A stretch of DNA of 64,000 bases from Minisyncoccota bacterium (GCA_016927565.1 JAFGMK010000015.1:1149-65148), one strand, 5' to 3'; counted from the stretch's first letter, positions 29,365 through 39,297 are shown. Notes: generated by a model not told the origin, from the letters alone. Translations and numbers: made by a program.

Positions 29365-30663
29365 GTGGCAGAATGGTCTGTTTTTAAGGATAAATTAAGT
29401 TCTTTTCTTCCCCGTCAATTAGTCAATTTTTTCTATCACTTTCCCCGGGCGGTTTTGGCAAACCTCTACTATCGTTTTCCGGCCAAAGGATTAACGGTTG
29501 TCGGGGTAACGGGAACGGACGGCAAGACAACTACCGCCAGTTTGATTTATCAGATTCTTTTGCTGGCTGGGAAAAAGGCGGCTTTAATTTCCACAGTTTC
29601 TGCCAAAATTGGCCCCGATGAGTTTTCAACGGGTTTGCATGTTACTTCACCTGACCCCTGGGTTCTGGGAAGATTTTTAGCCGAAATCAGAAAAGGGAGA
29701 ATGGATTATCTGATTCTGGAGACCACTTCTCACGGTTTGGATCAACATCGGTTCTGGGGAGTGGACTTTGAAGTAGCAGTTCTCACTAATGTCACCCGGG
29801 AACATCTTGATTATCATCGGACTTTTAAAAAATACCTTAAAGCCAAAGGGAGATTGTTTAAAAGAGTCAAAACTGCCGTTTTGAATAAGGACGATCCTTC
29901 TTTTGATTATTTTAATTCAGTTCGAGCCAATCGTTCCCGCTTGCTGACTTACGCACTTTTCCGGGAAGCGGATTTGACTCCTCGGAATTTCTCTTTTAAA
30001 ACGGGCCTGCCGGGGGATTTTAATCAACTTAATTGTCTGGCTGCAGCGGCTGCCGGCCAGGCTCTGGGAATTAACCGGGCGGTAATCAAAAAAGGCCTGG
30101 CCTCGTTCAAGGGAGTGACGGGACGGATGGAAAAGATTGAATTGGGCCAGCGATTTCAAGTTCTGATTGATTTTGCCCATACGCCTAATGCCTTAAAAAA
30201 TGTCCTGACCACCCTGAGGAGTCAGAAAGCCGGAGGGCGGTTAATCGTTGTTTTTGGTTGTGCCGGCCTAAGGGATCAAAGCAAAAGGGAAAAAATGGGT
30301 CGGATTGCCGGGCGGCTGGCTCAAATAACGCTTTTGACAGCCGAAGATCCGCGGACGGAAGATGTCAATCGGATTATTACCCAAATTGCCGATGGTTGTT
30401 TGGCGGTTGGGGCCGAAGAAGCGGTTTTTAAGAATGAATTGCTTTGTCAAACTGGGAAAAGATTATTTTTTCGCATTCCCGATCGAAGAAAAGCAATCAG
30501 GTTGGCAATTGAAAAGCTGGCTCAAAAAGGAGATCGGGTAATTATTTGCGGTAAGGGCCATGAGCAAAGCCTTTGTTTTGGCCGGGTTGAAAAACCCTGG
30601 AGCGACCATCGGGAGGCAGAAAAGGCTCTTGAAAAAAGACTTAAAATGGACAACGGAAGATGA
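29365..30663 (+). CDS. murE: UDP-MurNAc-dipeptide amino acid ligase MurE
   Basis: GVTGTDGKTTT, DFAHTP, EDPR, GKGHE. Confidence 0.92.
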   Translation: MAEWSVFKDKLSSFLPRQLVNFFYHFPRAVLANLYYRFPAKGLTVVGVTGTDGKTTTASLIYQILLLAGKKAALISTVSAKIGPDEFSTGLHVTSPDPWVLGRFLAEIRKGRMDYLILETTSHGLDQHRFWGVDFEVAVLTNVTREHLDYHRTFKKYLKAKGRLFKRVKTAVLNKDDPSFDYFNSVRANRSRLLTYALFREADLTPRNFSFKTGLPGDFNQLNCLAAAAAGQALGINRAVIKKGLASFKGVTGRMEKIELGQRFQVLIDFAHTPNALKNVLTTLRSQKAGGRLIVVFGCAGLRDQSKREKMGRIAGRLAQITLLTAEDPRTEDVNRIITQIADGCLAVGAEEAVFKNELLCQTGKRLFFRIPDRRKAIRLAIEKLAQKGDRVIICGKGHEQSLCFGRVEKPWSDHREAEKALEKRLKMDNGR

Positions 30664-32090
30664 ACAAGTCAAAGGTGCTTGAAAAGGTTAACGAGATCCA
30701 TTTCACCGGTATTAAAGGAGTGGGAATGACAGCGTTGGCTTGTTGTGCTCAGGATTTAGGAATGAGGATCACCGGCTCTGATGTTAACGAAATTTTTGTG
30801 ACCAATGAGGTGCTTAAAAGGAGAAGAATCCGCTGGCAAAGCGGATTTTCGCCGGAAAATATCAAAAAACCGGACCTGCTGATTGCTACCGGGGCTCATG
30901 GAGGGTTGGCGAATCCTGAGGTGAAGACGGCTCTTAAAAAGGGCATCAGAGCAGTTACTCATGCTGAGGGTCTGGCAATGTTTGCCGGTGATCAGGAAAC
31001 AATTTCGGTTTGCGGTGTCGGCGGCAAAACCACTACTTCGGCAATGATTGCGACTGTTTTGAATAATCTTGGCTTAAATCCGAGTTATGCGATCGGGGTG
31101 GCAGGGATTAATCCTCTGGGTGATCCGGGTAAAAAAGGAAAAGGAAAATACTTTGTGGCCGAAGCTGATGAGTATGCCGTTGATCCGGGAAGAGATAATC
31201 GGCCCCGTTTTTGCTTTCAAAAGCCAAAAGTGGTTGTGGTAACTAACATTGAGCACGACCACCCCGATATTTACCAGAATTTGACCCAAACAAAAAAAAC
31301 ATTCCGCCGGTTTTTTAAAAAAATTCCCCCGGATGGTTTATTGGTTGCCTGTATTGATAATAAAAACATTGCCAATTTGCTGAGTTCGGCAAAAATCAAA
31401 GCCCCGATTCAAACCTATGGCTTTTCACCGCAGGCAGATTGGCGGATAACCCGATTGGCTTTTGCTCCGGGAAAAAGTTTTTTTAACCTGAGCTACCGCG
31501 GTATCGAGTTTCGGGAAATTGTTCTTTCTGTCCCGGGCAGGTTTAATGTTTTAAATGCGACTGCGGCTTTTGCCGTCGCTTGTTTCTGCGGCGGCAGTAG
31601 CCGCCTAATCATTAAAGGCCTGGCTGAATTCGGCGGAACCCGGCGCCGGTTTGAAATGATTGGCGAGTCGGGCGGTGTTAAGCTTTACGATGATTATGCC
31701 CATCATCCGATTGAGATCGAGGCGACTTTGGCGGCAGCGAGGGAATGGTTTCAAGATAAAAAACTAGTGGTTATTTTCCAGCCTCACACCTTTACTCGCA
31801 CTCAAGTCCTAATGGAAGGCTTTGCCCGCTCTTTTTCTCAGGCCGATGAAGTTATAGTCACTGATATCTATGCCTCGGCCCGGGAAAAATCAATTTCCGG
31901 AGTTACTTCCGGAAATTTGGCTCGAAATATTTCCCGGTATAAAAAAAGAACTTTTTACTGTTCCACCAAAGAAGCTGCCTGCAGTCATTTAAGAAAAAAT
32001 CTTTCTGGCGGAGAAATCGTTTTTACTCTTGGCGCCGGAGATATCTTCCTTTGGCATCAGGACCTCTTAAAACTTTTTAAAAAATTATAA
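30660..32090 (+). CDS. murC: UDP-MurNAc--L-alanine ligase
   Basis: HFTGIKGVGM, GKTTTS, AEADE, DDYAHHP, FQPHT. Confidence 0.95.
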   Translation: MNKSKVLEKVNEIHFTGIKGVGMTALACCAQDLGMRITGSDVNEIFVTNEVLKRRRIRWQSGFSPENIKKPDLLIATGAHGGLANPEVKTALKKGIRAVTHAEGLAMFAGDQETISVCGVGGKTTTSAMIATVLNNLGLNPSYAIGVAGINPLGDPGKKGKGKYFVAEADEYAVDPGRDNRPRFCFQKPKVVVVTNIEHDHPDIYQNLTQTKKTFRRFFKKIPPDGLLVACIDNKNIANLLSSAKIKAPIQTYGFSPQADWRITRLAFAPGKSFFNLSYRGIEFREIVLSVPGRFNVLNATAAFAVACFCGGSSRLIIKGLAEFGGTRRRFEMIGESGGVKLYDDYAHHPIEIEATLAAAREWFQDKKLVVIFQPHTFTRTQVLMEGFARSFSQADEVIVTDIYASAREKSISGVTSGNLARNISRYKKRTFYCSTKEAACSHLRKNLSGGEIVFTLGAGDIFLWHQDLLKLFKKL

Positions 32091-32833
32091 GTGACAAACT
32101 TTATTTTTGCCAATTTTGTTTATTTCTTCGATCAAAAGATTAGAATTTTAGGGGCTGGCCTTTCCGGCTTAACGGCCGTGATCAAATTGGCCAAAGCTGA
32201 TTTTGAGGTCGAGGTATTTGAAAGAGGTTCCGGGGTTGGTTGCCGGTTCGGAGGCGATGTTCTGGGAATCGAAAGTTGGTCAGAAAAAGAAGGGGTTAAA
32301 CAGTTTTTTAAGAGGATGAATCTTGAGATTAATTTTGATCTTGAGTTCTGCAGTCAGATTTGGTTTACCAATGACTGCCTTAATCGGAAACTTTCCTGTT
32401 CCAAACCGCCTTTTAATCTGGACAAGCGGGAATCATTATCGGGGAGTTTGGATCGGGGTCTTAAAAAGCAGGCTTTGGGTTTGGGAGTTGGTATCCGCCT
32501 TGGCCAAACGATGCCTGGCGGCCGGGCGGCAATTATTGCGACCGCGGGCCGCGCTTGGAGTTGGCCGTGGGAATTTTTTCCGGGATTGTTTTTAAAACCG
32601 ACCACTCAAAACAGCAAACTCAGCTGAATAATTTTTTGGAAGGAACCAGAAGTTTATTAGTTAAAAAGTCCGATCTTGAAATCCGCTCTTCACGGAGAGT
32701 GGGGGGAAGAGGCCAATCTCTTTTAGTCGGCGAAGCAGCCGGCTTACAAGATTTTTTTGCCGGCTTCGGGATAAAATATGCGATTGGCTTGGGGATGGGC
32801 CAAAGTGAATTACCCCCAGATTTTTTATTCTGA
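32091..32833 (+). pseudogene. Frameshifted FAD-dependent oxidoreductase (geranylgeranyl-reductase-like) remnant
   Basis: ILGAGLSGLTA...EVFER in one frame, LLVGEAAGLQD..AGFGIKYAI in another; too short for a full-length member. Confidence 0.7.
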
Positions 32834-32862
32834 GGTATAATTAGCTTGAAGAAGGAGAAAAA

Positions 32863-34185
32863 ATGGCTAAGTTTATCGTTCAAGGGGGGAGGCCCTTAAA
32901 AGGATCGGTCCGGATCGGGGGGGCAAAGAACGCCGGTTTTAAATTAATGATTGCCTCCTTATTGCTTTCCGGCGAAACCCGTCTTTTAAATCTTTCCCGG
33001 ATTGGCGATGTCGAGATAACCGCCAAGATTCTGACAAGTTTGGGTGCCAGATTGGAAAGCCGGGGCGAGAGGACTATTTTTATTAAGGCTAAGGGATTGT
33101 CAGCTTGTGAAATCCCGCTTTGTTTCGGTAAAGTTTCCCGGACGGCGCCGCTTTTTGTCGGGCCGCTTTTAGCCCGTTTCGGCCGGGCGGTTTTTCCTCT
33201 GCCGGGGGGGGATCCTCTGGGGTCCAGGCCAATTGAAAGATTTTTAGCCGGTTGGGAAATTTTCGGCTGCCGGATAAAAATAAAAAAAGAAACGGTTAGG
33301 ATTGATTGCCCCTATTTAAAAGGCGGATATTATCGGTTTGCTAAGCCAACCCATACCGGAACTGAGGCGATGATAATGACTGCCGTGCTGGCTAAAGGAA
33401 AAACAATTCTGGAGAATGCGGCTTTGGAGCCGGAAGTTGATGATTTAATTAAATTTTTAAATAATGCGGGAGCCAAAATCAAGCGGGAGCCTTTCCGTCG
33501 GATAAAGATTGAAGGAGTTAAACAACTTGGGGGCGTGATTCATTCGGTGATGCCTGATCGTAATGAAGCGGTTTCTTATGCCTGTGCCGCTTTGGCGACC
33601 AGAGGGGATGTCATCATTGAAAATGCCCGGGTGGAAGACATGAAGGCATTTCTCGATAAGGTGAAGGAAGCCGGCGGTAAATTTGCAGTTGACAGTTTCG
33701 GCATCCGTTTTTGGTATGACAAGCGGCTTCGGGCGAGCGATATCATTACCCGGCCTCATCCCGGTTTTATGAGCGATTGGCAGCCTCTCTGGACCGTGCT
33801 GATGACTCAGGCTAAAGGGACCAGCCGGATCGTGGAAACAGTTCATAATTTCCGTTTTCATTTTGCCAATGATATTAATCGGATGGGAGGAAAAATTGAG
33901 TTTTTCAATCCTGAACCCGCAGATCCCGAGACTTTTTATAATTTTACTTTAGATCCGGACCAGTCAGAAAACTTTCACGGAGCCAAAATAATCGGGCCGA
34001 CTCCACTTGAGGCCGTTAAAACCGAGTTTGCCGATATCAGGGCCGGGGCAACTTTGACGATTGCCGCTTTGATTGCCAAAGGTAAATCAATTTTAAAAAA
34101 GGCCGAAGAAGTTGACCGGGGTTATGAGGACTTGGATGGCCGCTTAAGAGAGCTGGGAGCAAAGATAAAACGAGTGGCAAGCTGA
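32863..34185 (+). CDS. murA: UDP-GlcNAc 1-carboxyvinyltransferase (Asp in place of catalytic Cys)
   Basis: GAKNA, LPGGDPLGSRP, ENAALEPEV, DIRAGA, DRGYE; TATAAT and AAGGAG upstream. Confidence 0.96.
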   Translation: MAKFIVQGGRPLKGSVRIGGAKNAGFKLMIASLLLSGETRLLNLSRIGDVEITAKILTSLGARLESRGERTIFIKAKGLSACEIPLCFGKVSRTAPLFVGPLLARFGRAVFPLPGGDPLGSRPIERFLAGWEIFGCRIKIKKETVRIDCPYLKGGYYRFAKPTHTGTEAMIMTAVLAKGKTILENAALEPEVDDLIKFLNNAGAKIKREPFRRIKIEGVKQLGGVIHSVMPDRNEAVSYACAALATRGDVIIENARVEDMKAFLDKVKEAGGKFAVDSFGIRFWYDKRLRASDIITRPHPGFMSDWQPLWTVLMTQAKGTSRIVETVHNFRFHFANDINRMGGKIEFFNPEPADPETFYNFTLDPDQSENFHGAKIIGPTPLEAVKTEFADIRAGATLTIAALIAKGKSILKKAEEVDRGYEDLDGRLRELGAKIKRVAS

Positions 34186-34949
34186 TGGAGAAAAAGATTA
34201 AGCTGGATAAACTGGAAATACGGTATTTTCAAGAGGGAAAGAAAGCTCCTTTAATACTGCTTCACGGATGGGGAAAGTCGGGTCGGGTTTATAGTTTTCT
34301 GCAAAGATATTGCCGGCAGGAGTTTTGCTCAGCGGCTTTGGATCTGCCCGGCTTTGGCCAAAGCCCTCTTCCTCCGGAAACATGGGGAGTAAGAGAATAT
34401 GCTGATTCAGTCTTTAATTTTGCCGAAAAAAAGAAATGGGGATCTTTTTATCTTTTGGGTCATTCTTTTGGCGGCCGGATCGCTCTGGAAATGGCAATTT
34501 CTCACCCTGAAAGGATTAAAAAGTTAATCTTAACCGGAGTGCCTGTCCTGCGGAAATCTTCTTTTAAGCGTTGTTTATTTTGGCTGATCGCTAAGTCAGC
34601 CGGTCTTTTTTTTAAAATTCCGCCCTTTTCTTTCTCAAAAAAGTTTTTTTCTAAAGTTTTATATCATTTTACCGGCGAGCGGGATTATTCTCAAACCTCA
34701 GGCCGCTTAAGACAAATTTTTAAAAAAGTTATCAATTATGATCCCCGTTCCGGCCTACACGAAATTAAGGTTCCCACCTTAATTGTTTGGGGTGAGGATG
34801 ACAAGGTTACCCCGTTAAAAAATGCCTTTTTTCTTAACGAAAAAATTAAAAACATCCAGCTAAAGATAGTCAAAAAGGCTAATCATAAACTGCCCTATCA
34901 AAAACCAAAAGAGTTTGCCAGAATTGTTCTGGGTTTTTTAAAAGGTTAA
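34185..34949 (+). CDS. Alpha/beta-fold hydrolase
   Basis: LLHGWG, DLPGFGQS, GHSFGG, WGEDD, C-terminal His. Confidence 0.9.
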   Translation: MEKKIKLDKLEIRYFQEGKKAPLILLHGWGKSGRVYSFLQRYCRQEFCSAALDLPGFGQSPLPPETWGVREYADSVFNFAEKKKWGSFYLLGHSFGGRIALEMAISHPERIKKLILTGVPVLRKSSFKRCLFWLIAKSAGLFFKIPPFSFSKKFFSKVLYHFTGERDYSQTSGRLRQIFKKVINYDPRSGLHEIKVPTLIVWGEDDKVTPLKNAFFLNEKIKNIQLKIVKKANHKLPYQKPKEFARIVLGFLKG

Positions 34950-34952
34950 AAG

Positions 34953-36542
34953 ATGAATCAGATTTTCTTAAAATGTTTATTTTGCTTCTTTTTTATGCTG
35001 GTCAACTTGGAGAACTTAAGCCGCTGGCTTTTTTGGTGGCAGACCAAAGAATACCGTTTCGACCGGATGCGGGTCCACCTTAAGACACCCAAGGGAAGAA
35101 AGGGACTTTTTGGTTTTTTTTATATTTTAAAGCTTTTTTTTGTAATCGGGCCAGGCCGCCTGAGCGGTTTTTACTTCTTCCTTTTTGCCCTGGAAAGCTT
35201 TTCTTTATTTTTAAGGTTCTTAAAAAGATCTCTTAAAAAACCCAAATTTACCTTTAAAATCTGGCTGCTTCTGGGGGAGAGTTTATTTTTTCAGGGAAGT
35301 CTGATCTTTTTCCTTTGCCCCTGTCCAACTCTTTCCTTGACTGTCCGGCCCTTTTTTACTGCCAATCTCCTTCTTCCGGCAATAGTTGCTCTGGGAGTCG
35401 CCGTTTTGGCAATTCCCACCTTACTTATTAAAAAAAGGATTATCAAAAAAGCGAGGCGAAAAATTAAAAAACAGCCAAATTTAACGGTGATCGGAATTAC
35501 CGGCAGTTTTGGCAAGACCAGCACCAAGGAATTTTTAAAAGTTATTCTTGAAAGTCAATTCCGGGTCTTAGCAACTACTGATCATGAAAATACTTTAATC
35601 GGAGTGGCAAGACAGATCAACCGGTATTTAACTGATAAACATCAGTTCTATATCGTGGAAATGGGAGCTTATAAAAAAGGTGAAATCAAGGCGATTTGTG
35701 ATTTGGTCACGCCCAAAATGGCCATTATTACCGGTATCGGCTTCCAACATCTGTCCCTTTTTGGCTCCCCAGAAAATTTGATTGAAGCCAAAAATGAACT
35801 GATAGAAAGCTTGCCGGCCGACGGACTGGCCTTCTTTAACGGCGATACATCGGGTTCTCTTTTAATGAGCCGTCGCTGCCGGGTGAAGAAAAAAATTTTT
35901 GCCCTGGATTATCCTCCGGCTGATTTTCGGGCGAAAGAAATTAAGATCTCCCGGAAAAGCTTGCGTTTTAAGATTTCTGCCGCTGGTTTTGACCGGTTTC
36001 AAATATTCTCTGCCGGGCTTTTGGGAAAACAGAATATTTCGAATCTCCTTTCAGCAATTGCCTTAGGTTTTAGTCTGAAAATGAATCCGCTCCAAATTGC
36101 ATTGGCAATTAAAAAACAAAAGCCGTTGACAGGAACGATGAAATTGGTTTCGGGTCCGGGGCAAATTAATCTGATTGATGATAGCTATAACAGCAATCCG
36201 GAAGGGGTTTTAGCAGCGCTTGATTATCTCGGGGTTTTTCCTAAAAATAAATACCTGGTTTTTCAGCCAATGATTGAGCTGGGAGAAAAGACTGAAGAGG
36301 AGCATCGGCGGGTATCCAAAAAAGCCCTGAAAATTTGCCGTCTGATCTTTTTAACTAATCAAAATTTCTATCGGCGGTTTGTCAATTCTCGTGATCGTGA
36401 TCGGGTTTTTATAGTTCGTTCACCCCGGGATTTTTTAAAAAAAATCCTGCCTTATCTCCGGCGGGACGAGGCGATTCTTTTTGAAGGAAGAGAGGCGGAC
36501 CCTTATTTAAAAGCTTTCTTAAGGGAGGTCAGAAAAAAATAA
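34953..36542 (+). CDS. murF: MurF-family ligase with N-terminal transmembrane domain
   Basis: GITGSFGKTSTKE, EMGAY, IDDSYNSNP, MIELG; hydrophobic N-terminal ~160 aa. Confidence 0.85.
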   Translation: MNQIFLKCLFCFFFMLVNLENLSRWLFWWQTKEYRFDRMRVHLKTPKGRKGLFGFFYILKLFFVIGPGRLSGFYFFLFALESFSLFLRFLKRSLKKPKFTFKIWLLLGESLFFQGSLIFFLCPCPTLSLTVRPFFTANLLLPAIVALGVAVLAIPTLLIKKRIIKKARRKIKKQPNLTVIGITGSFGKTSTKEFLKVILESQFRVLATTDHENTLIGVARQINRYLTDKHQFYIVEMGAYKKGEIKAICDLVTPKMAIITGIGFQHLSLFGSPENLIEAKNELIESLPADGLAFFNGDTSGSLLMSRRCRVKKKIFALDYPPADFRAKEIKISRKSLRFKISAAGFDRFQIFSAGLLGKQNISNLLSAIALGFSLKMNPLQIALAIKKQKPLTGTMKLVSGPGQINLIDDSYNSNPEGVLAALDYLGVFPKNKYLVFQPMIELGEKTEEEHRRVSKKALKICRLIFLTNQNFYRRFVNSRDRDRVFIVRSPRDFLKKILPYLRRDEAILFEGREADPYLKAFLREVRKK

Positions 36543-36543
36543 G

Positions 36544-37803
36544 ATGTTTGAACCGGTTAGTGTTTCGCTTTCACCGAATGCTTTTAAAGCGGATGTTTGG
36601 CGGTCAATGAGGGTTTTGGCCCGGCCATCCGATTGGTGCCGGGGCGAAGAACCGGCCAGGCTGGAAACGGAGTTTGAAAATTTTTTTCCCGGGGTTAAAG
36701 CCGCCAGCTTTGCCAGCGGCCGGACAGCCTTTTGGGCAATCCTGAAGGCATTAAAAATCGGCAAAGGCGACGAGGTGATTTGTCAGTCTTTCAGTTGTGT
36801 CGTGGTTGCCAATGCGATTCTCAAAGTTGGCGCCCGGCCTGTTTTTGGAGATATTAAAAAAGAAAGCTTCAATCTTGACCCTGAGGATTTATTAAAAAAA
36901 ATAACTCCCCGGACCAAAGCGATTGTAGTTCAGCATACCTTCGGCTTGCCGGCCGAAACGGAAAAAATTTTACAGATTGCCAGAGAGTATTCCTTATCGG
37001 TGATCGAAGACTGTGCTCATGGAATCGGTTTTGAGTATAAAGGTCAAAAAACAGGGGTTTTGGCTGATGCCGCTTTTTTAAGTTTTGGCCGGGACAAAGC
37101 AATTTCCTCTGTTTTTGGCGGAATGAGTTTGACGCGCCGTTTTGGACTTGCCCAGCAAATTAAAGGAATTCAGGAATCGCTTAATTATCCCTCTCCGGCT
37201 TGGGTAAGACAACAGCTTTTTCATCCGCCGCTGATGGCGGCTTTGTTGCCCGTTTACAATTTATTTTCTTTGGGAAAGATTATCTTATTGGGGTCCCAAT
37301 TGGGCCGGCTTTTATCCTTTCCTCTCAGTCAGGGTGAAAAAAAGGGTGTTTTTAATGAGAAGCTGATGGCCCGGATGCCTAATGGTTTAGCCGGGTTGGC
37401 CCGTTTTCAATTTTCCCGGCTTTCAAGATTCAATCAGATTCGTTCCCGAATGGTAGCTTATTATGCCGAAAATCTAAAAGAATTACCGGTTGAGTTGCCC
37501 GAATTCCAATCTCCAGACAAACAGCCGTTCCCTCTTTTGCGCTTTACGATCCGGATTGATAACCCCCAGGATCTTTATAAATTTGCCAAAAAACGGGGGG
37601 TGCTTTTAAACAACTGGTATTATCCGGCTGTCTCCCCCCAGGGAGTAGATTATAAAAAAATTGGCTATCAGCCGGCTGATTGCCCGGTAGCTGAAGCGGT
37701 TTCTGCCCGAGTAGTTAATTTGCCCACCCATCCGAAAATGACTTTAAATCAGGCTCAAAAGGTAGTTAAGATAATTAAAGATTTTTACAAAGAGAAAAGA
37801 TGA
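36544..37803 (+). CDS. DegT/DnrJ/EryC1/StrS-family PLP aminotransferase
   Basis: SGRTA, GDEVI, IEDCAH, SFGRDK (PLP Lys), NLPTHP. Confidence 0.88.
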   Translation: MFEPVSVSLSPNAFKADVWRSMRVLARPSDWCRGEEPARLETEFENFFPGVKAASFASGRTAFWAILKALKIGKGDEVICQSFSCVVVANAILKVGARPVFGDIKKESFNLDPEDLLKKITPRTKAIVVQHTFGLPAETEKILQIAREYSLSVIEDCAHGIGFEYKGQKTGVLADAAFLSFGRDKAISSVFGGMSLTRRFGLAQQIKGIQESLNYPSPAWVRQQLFHPPLMAALLPVYNLFSLGKIILLGSQLGRLLSFPLSQGEKKGVFNEKLMARMPNGLAGLARFQFSRLSRFNQIRSRMVAYYAENLKELPVELPEFQSPDKQPFPLLRFTIRIDNPQDLYKFAKKRGVLLNNWYYPAVSPQGVDYKKIGYQPADCPVAEAVSARVVNLPTHPKMTLNQAQKVVKIIKDFYKEKR

Positions 37804-38816
37804 TTAAAATAGAACCGGTTGCCGACAAGAAAATCTGGGAAAAGTTTGTTTTATCCCAATCGCCCACCACCTTTCTTCAATCGTGGAATTGGGGCGATTT
37901 TCATCAAAGTTTGGGAAAAAAGATTTTCCGGATTGGTTTTTGGGAGAAGAAAAAAATAACCGGAGCAGTTCTTCTGATTAAAGAAGAAGCTAAAAGAGGT
38001 GTTTTTCTGACTTGTCCCGGCGGGCCGCTGATTGATTGGGAGAACGGGCTTTATTTTCGGTTATTTGTAAAAAAAGTCAAAGAGCTTGCCAAAGAGGAAG
38101 GATGTGTTTTTGCTCGGGTTAGGCCGTCAATTAAGGCGATTGAAAAAAATAAAACGCTTTTTAAAAAAGCCGGCTTTGTCAAGGCGCCGATGCATCTTCA
38201 TGCCGAAACAACCCTCCAGATTGATCTCAACCGCCCGGAAACTGAGATAATAGCTAACATGGAAAAAAAGACCCGCTATTGTCTGCGCCGGGCTCTGAAG
38301 AACAAATTGACTGTTGAGATAAGCCGGAAAATTGAGGACATCGAATTGCTTTACCGGTTGCAAATGGCGGTGGTCGGGCGGCGGGGATTTGTTCCCTTCT
38401 CTAAAAACTTTTTTAAAAAACACTTTTTAGCTTTTGCAGAGGATAATCAAATCGCTCTGATCAAGGTTAGCTTAGACAAAGAGCTGTTGGCGATTGGAAT
38501 GTTTGTTTTCTACGGCGATACCGCCGTTTATCATTATTCCGGATCTGTTACCACTCAGCCTCAGGCTTTTGCTTCCTATGCCATGATTTGGGCTGCTGTT
38601 AAAGAAGCGAAAAGAAGAGGTCTTAAGGTTCTGGATCTGTGGGGAATTGCTCCCAGCGATGATCCTCGGCATCGTTTTGCCGGGGTGACCCGATTTAAAA
38701 AAGGGTTTGGCGGTAATCGCGTCGATTGGCTTCCTGCCCGCGACTTGCCTTTTTCTAAAAAATACTGGGGCATTTTTGCTTTTGAGAGCTTGCGCCGCAT
38801 TTTACGTCACTTGTGA
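37800..38816 (+). CDS. FemABX-family tRNA-dependent peptidyltransferase
   Basis: FLQSWNWG, KKTRY, DLWGI, GVTRFKKGFGG. Confidence 0.9.
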   Translation: MIKIEPVADKKIWEKFVLSQSPTTFLQSWNWGDFHQSLGKKIFRIGFWEKKKITGAVLLIKEEAKRGVFLTCPGGPLIDWENGLYFRLFVKKVKELAKEEGCVFARVRPSIKAIEKNKTLFKKAGFVKAPMHLHAETTLQIDLNRPETEIIANMEKKTRYCLRRALKNKLTVEISRKIEDIELLYRLQMAVVGRRGFVPFSKNFFKKHFLAFAEDNQIALIKVSLDKELLAIGMFVFYGDTAVYHYSGSVTTQPQAFASYAMIWAAVKEAKRRGLKVLDLWGIAPSDDPRHRFAGVTRFKKGFGGNRVDWLPARDLPFSKKYWGIFAFESLRRILRHL

Positions 38817-38916
38817 AAGCCAATCGGAAGGCAGGTCAAATGATTTTCTAATCGCTTGACTTGGGTAATTAGGTTATAATAGACTAATAAATTAGCCGGG
38901 CAGGATAGAGGGATAA

Positions 38917-39297
38917 ATGGCCAAAAACGGCAACCATAAACAAGCTTTTAAAAATGCCCTTGCCGGTTTATGGCTTTCGTTCAAAACAGAAAGAAATCTA
39001 AGATTAATGGGGATCATTTCTGTTTTGGTTCTGCTGCTCTCTTTTTTTTTGAAGGTTTCCCTGATTGAATTTACGATTATTGTCTGGGCAATCTTCGCCG
39101 TTTTGGCAGTGGAGATGATTAACACTTCGCTGGAGGCGATTACTGATTTGGTCAGGGAGGAGTGGCATCATCAGGCTAAGTTAGCTAAGGATGTTGCCGC
39201 CGGAATGGTTCTGTTGGCGGTTTTGGGATCGGTTGTCGTCGGCAGTCTGATCTTTATCCCCAAGATTTTAAACTTAGTATTTAGTATTTCTGCCTAA
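38917..39297 (+). CDS. dgkA: Diacylglycerol/undecaprenol kinase family
   Basis: ERN, EMINTSLE...D, AKLAKDVAAGMVL. Confidence 0.92.
   Translation: MAKNGNHKQAFKNALAGLWLSFKTERNLRLMGIISVLVLLLSFFLKVSLIEFTIIVWAIFAVLAVEMINTSLEAITDLVREEWHHQAKLAKDVAAGMVLLAVLGSVVVGSLIFIPKILNLVFSISA

Noticed and set aside
33204-33211. Poly-G tracts (murA; also manC near 17897) as phase-variation sites
   Set aside because: Short, in frame and encoding conserved Gly-Gly motifs; homopolymers are common throughout
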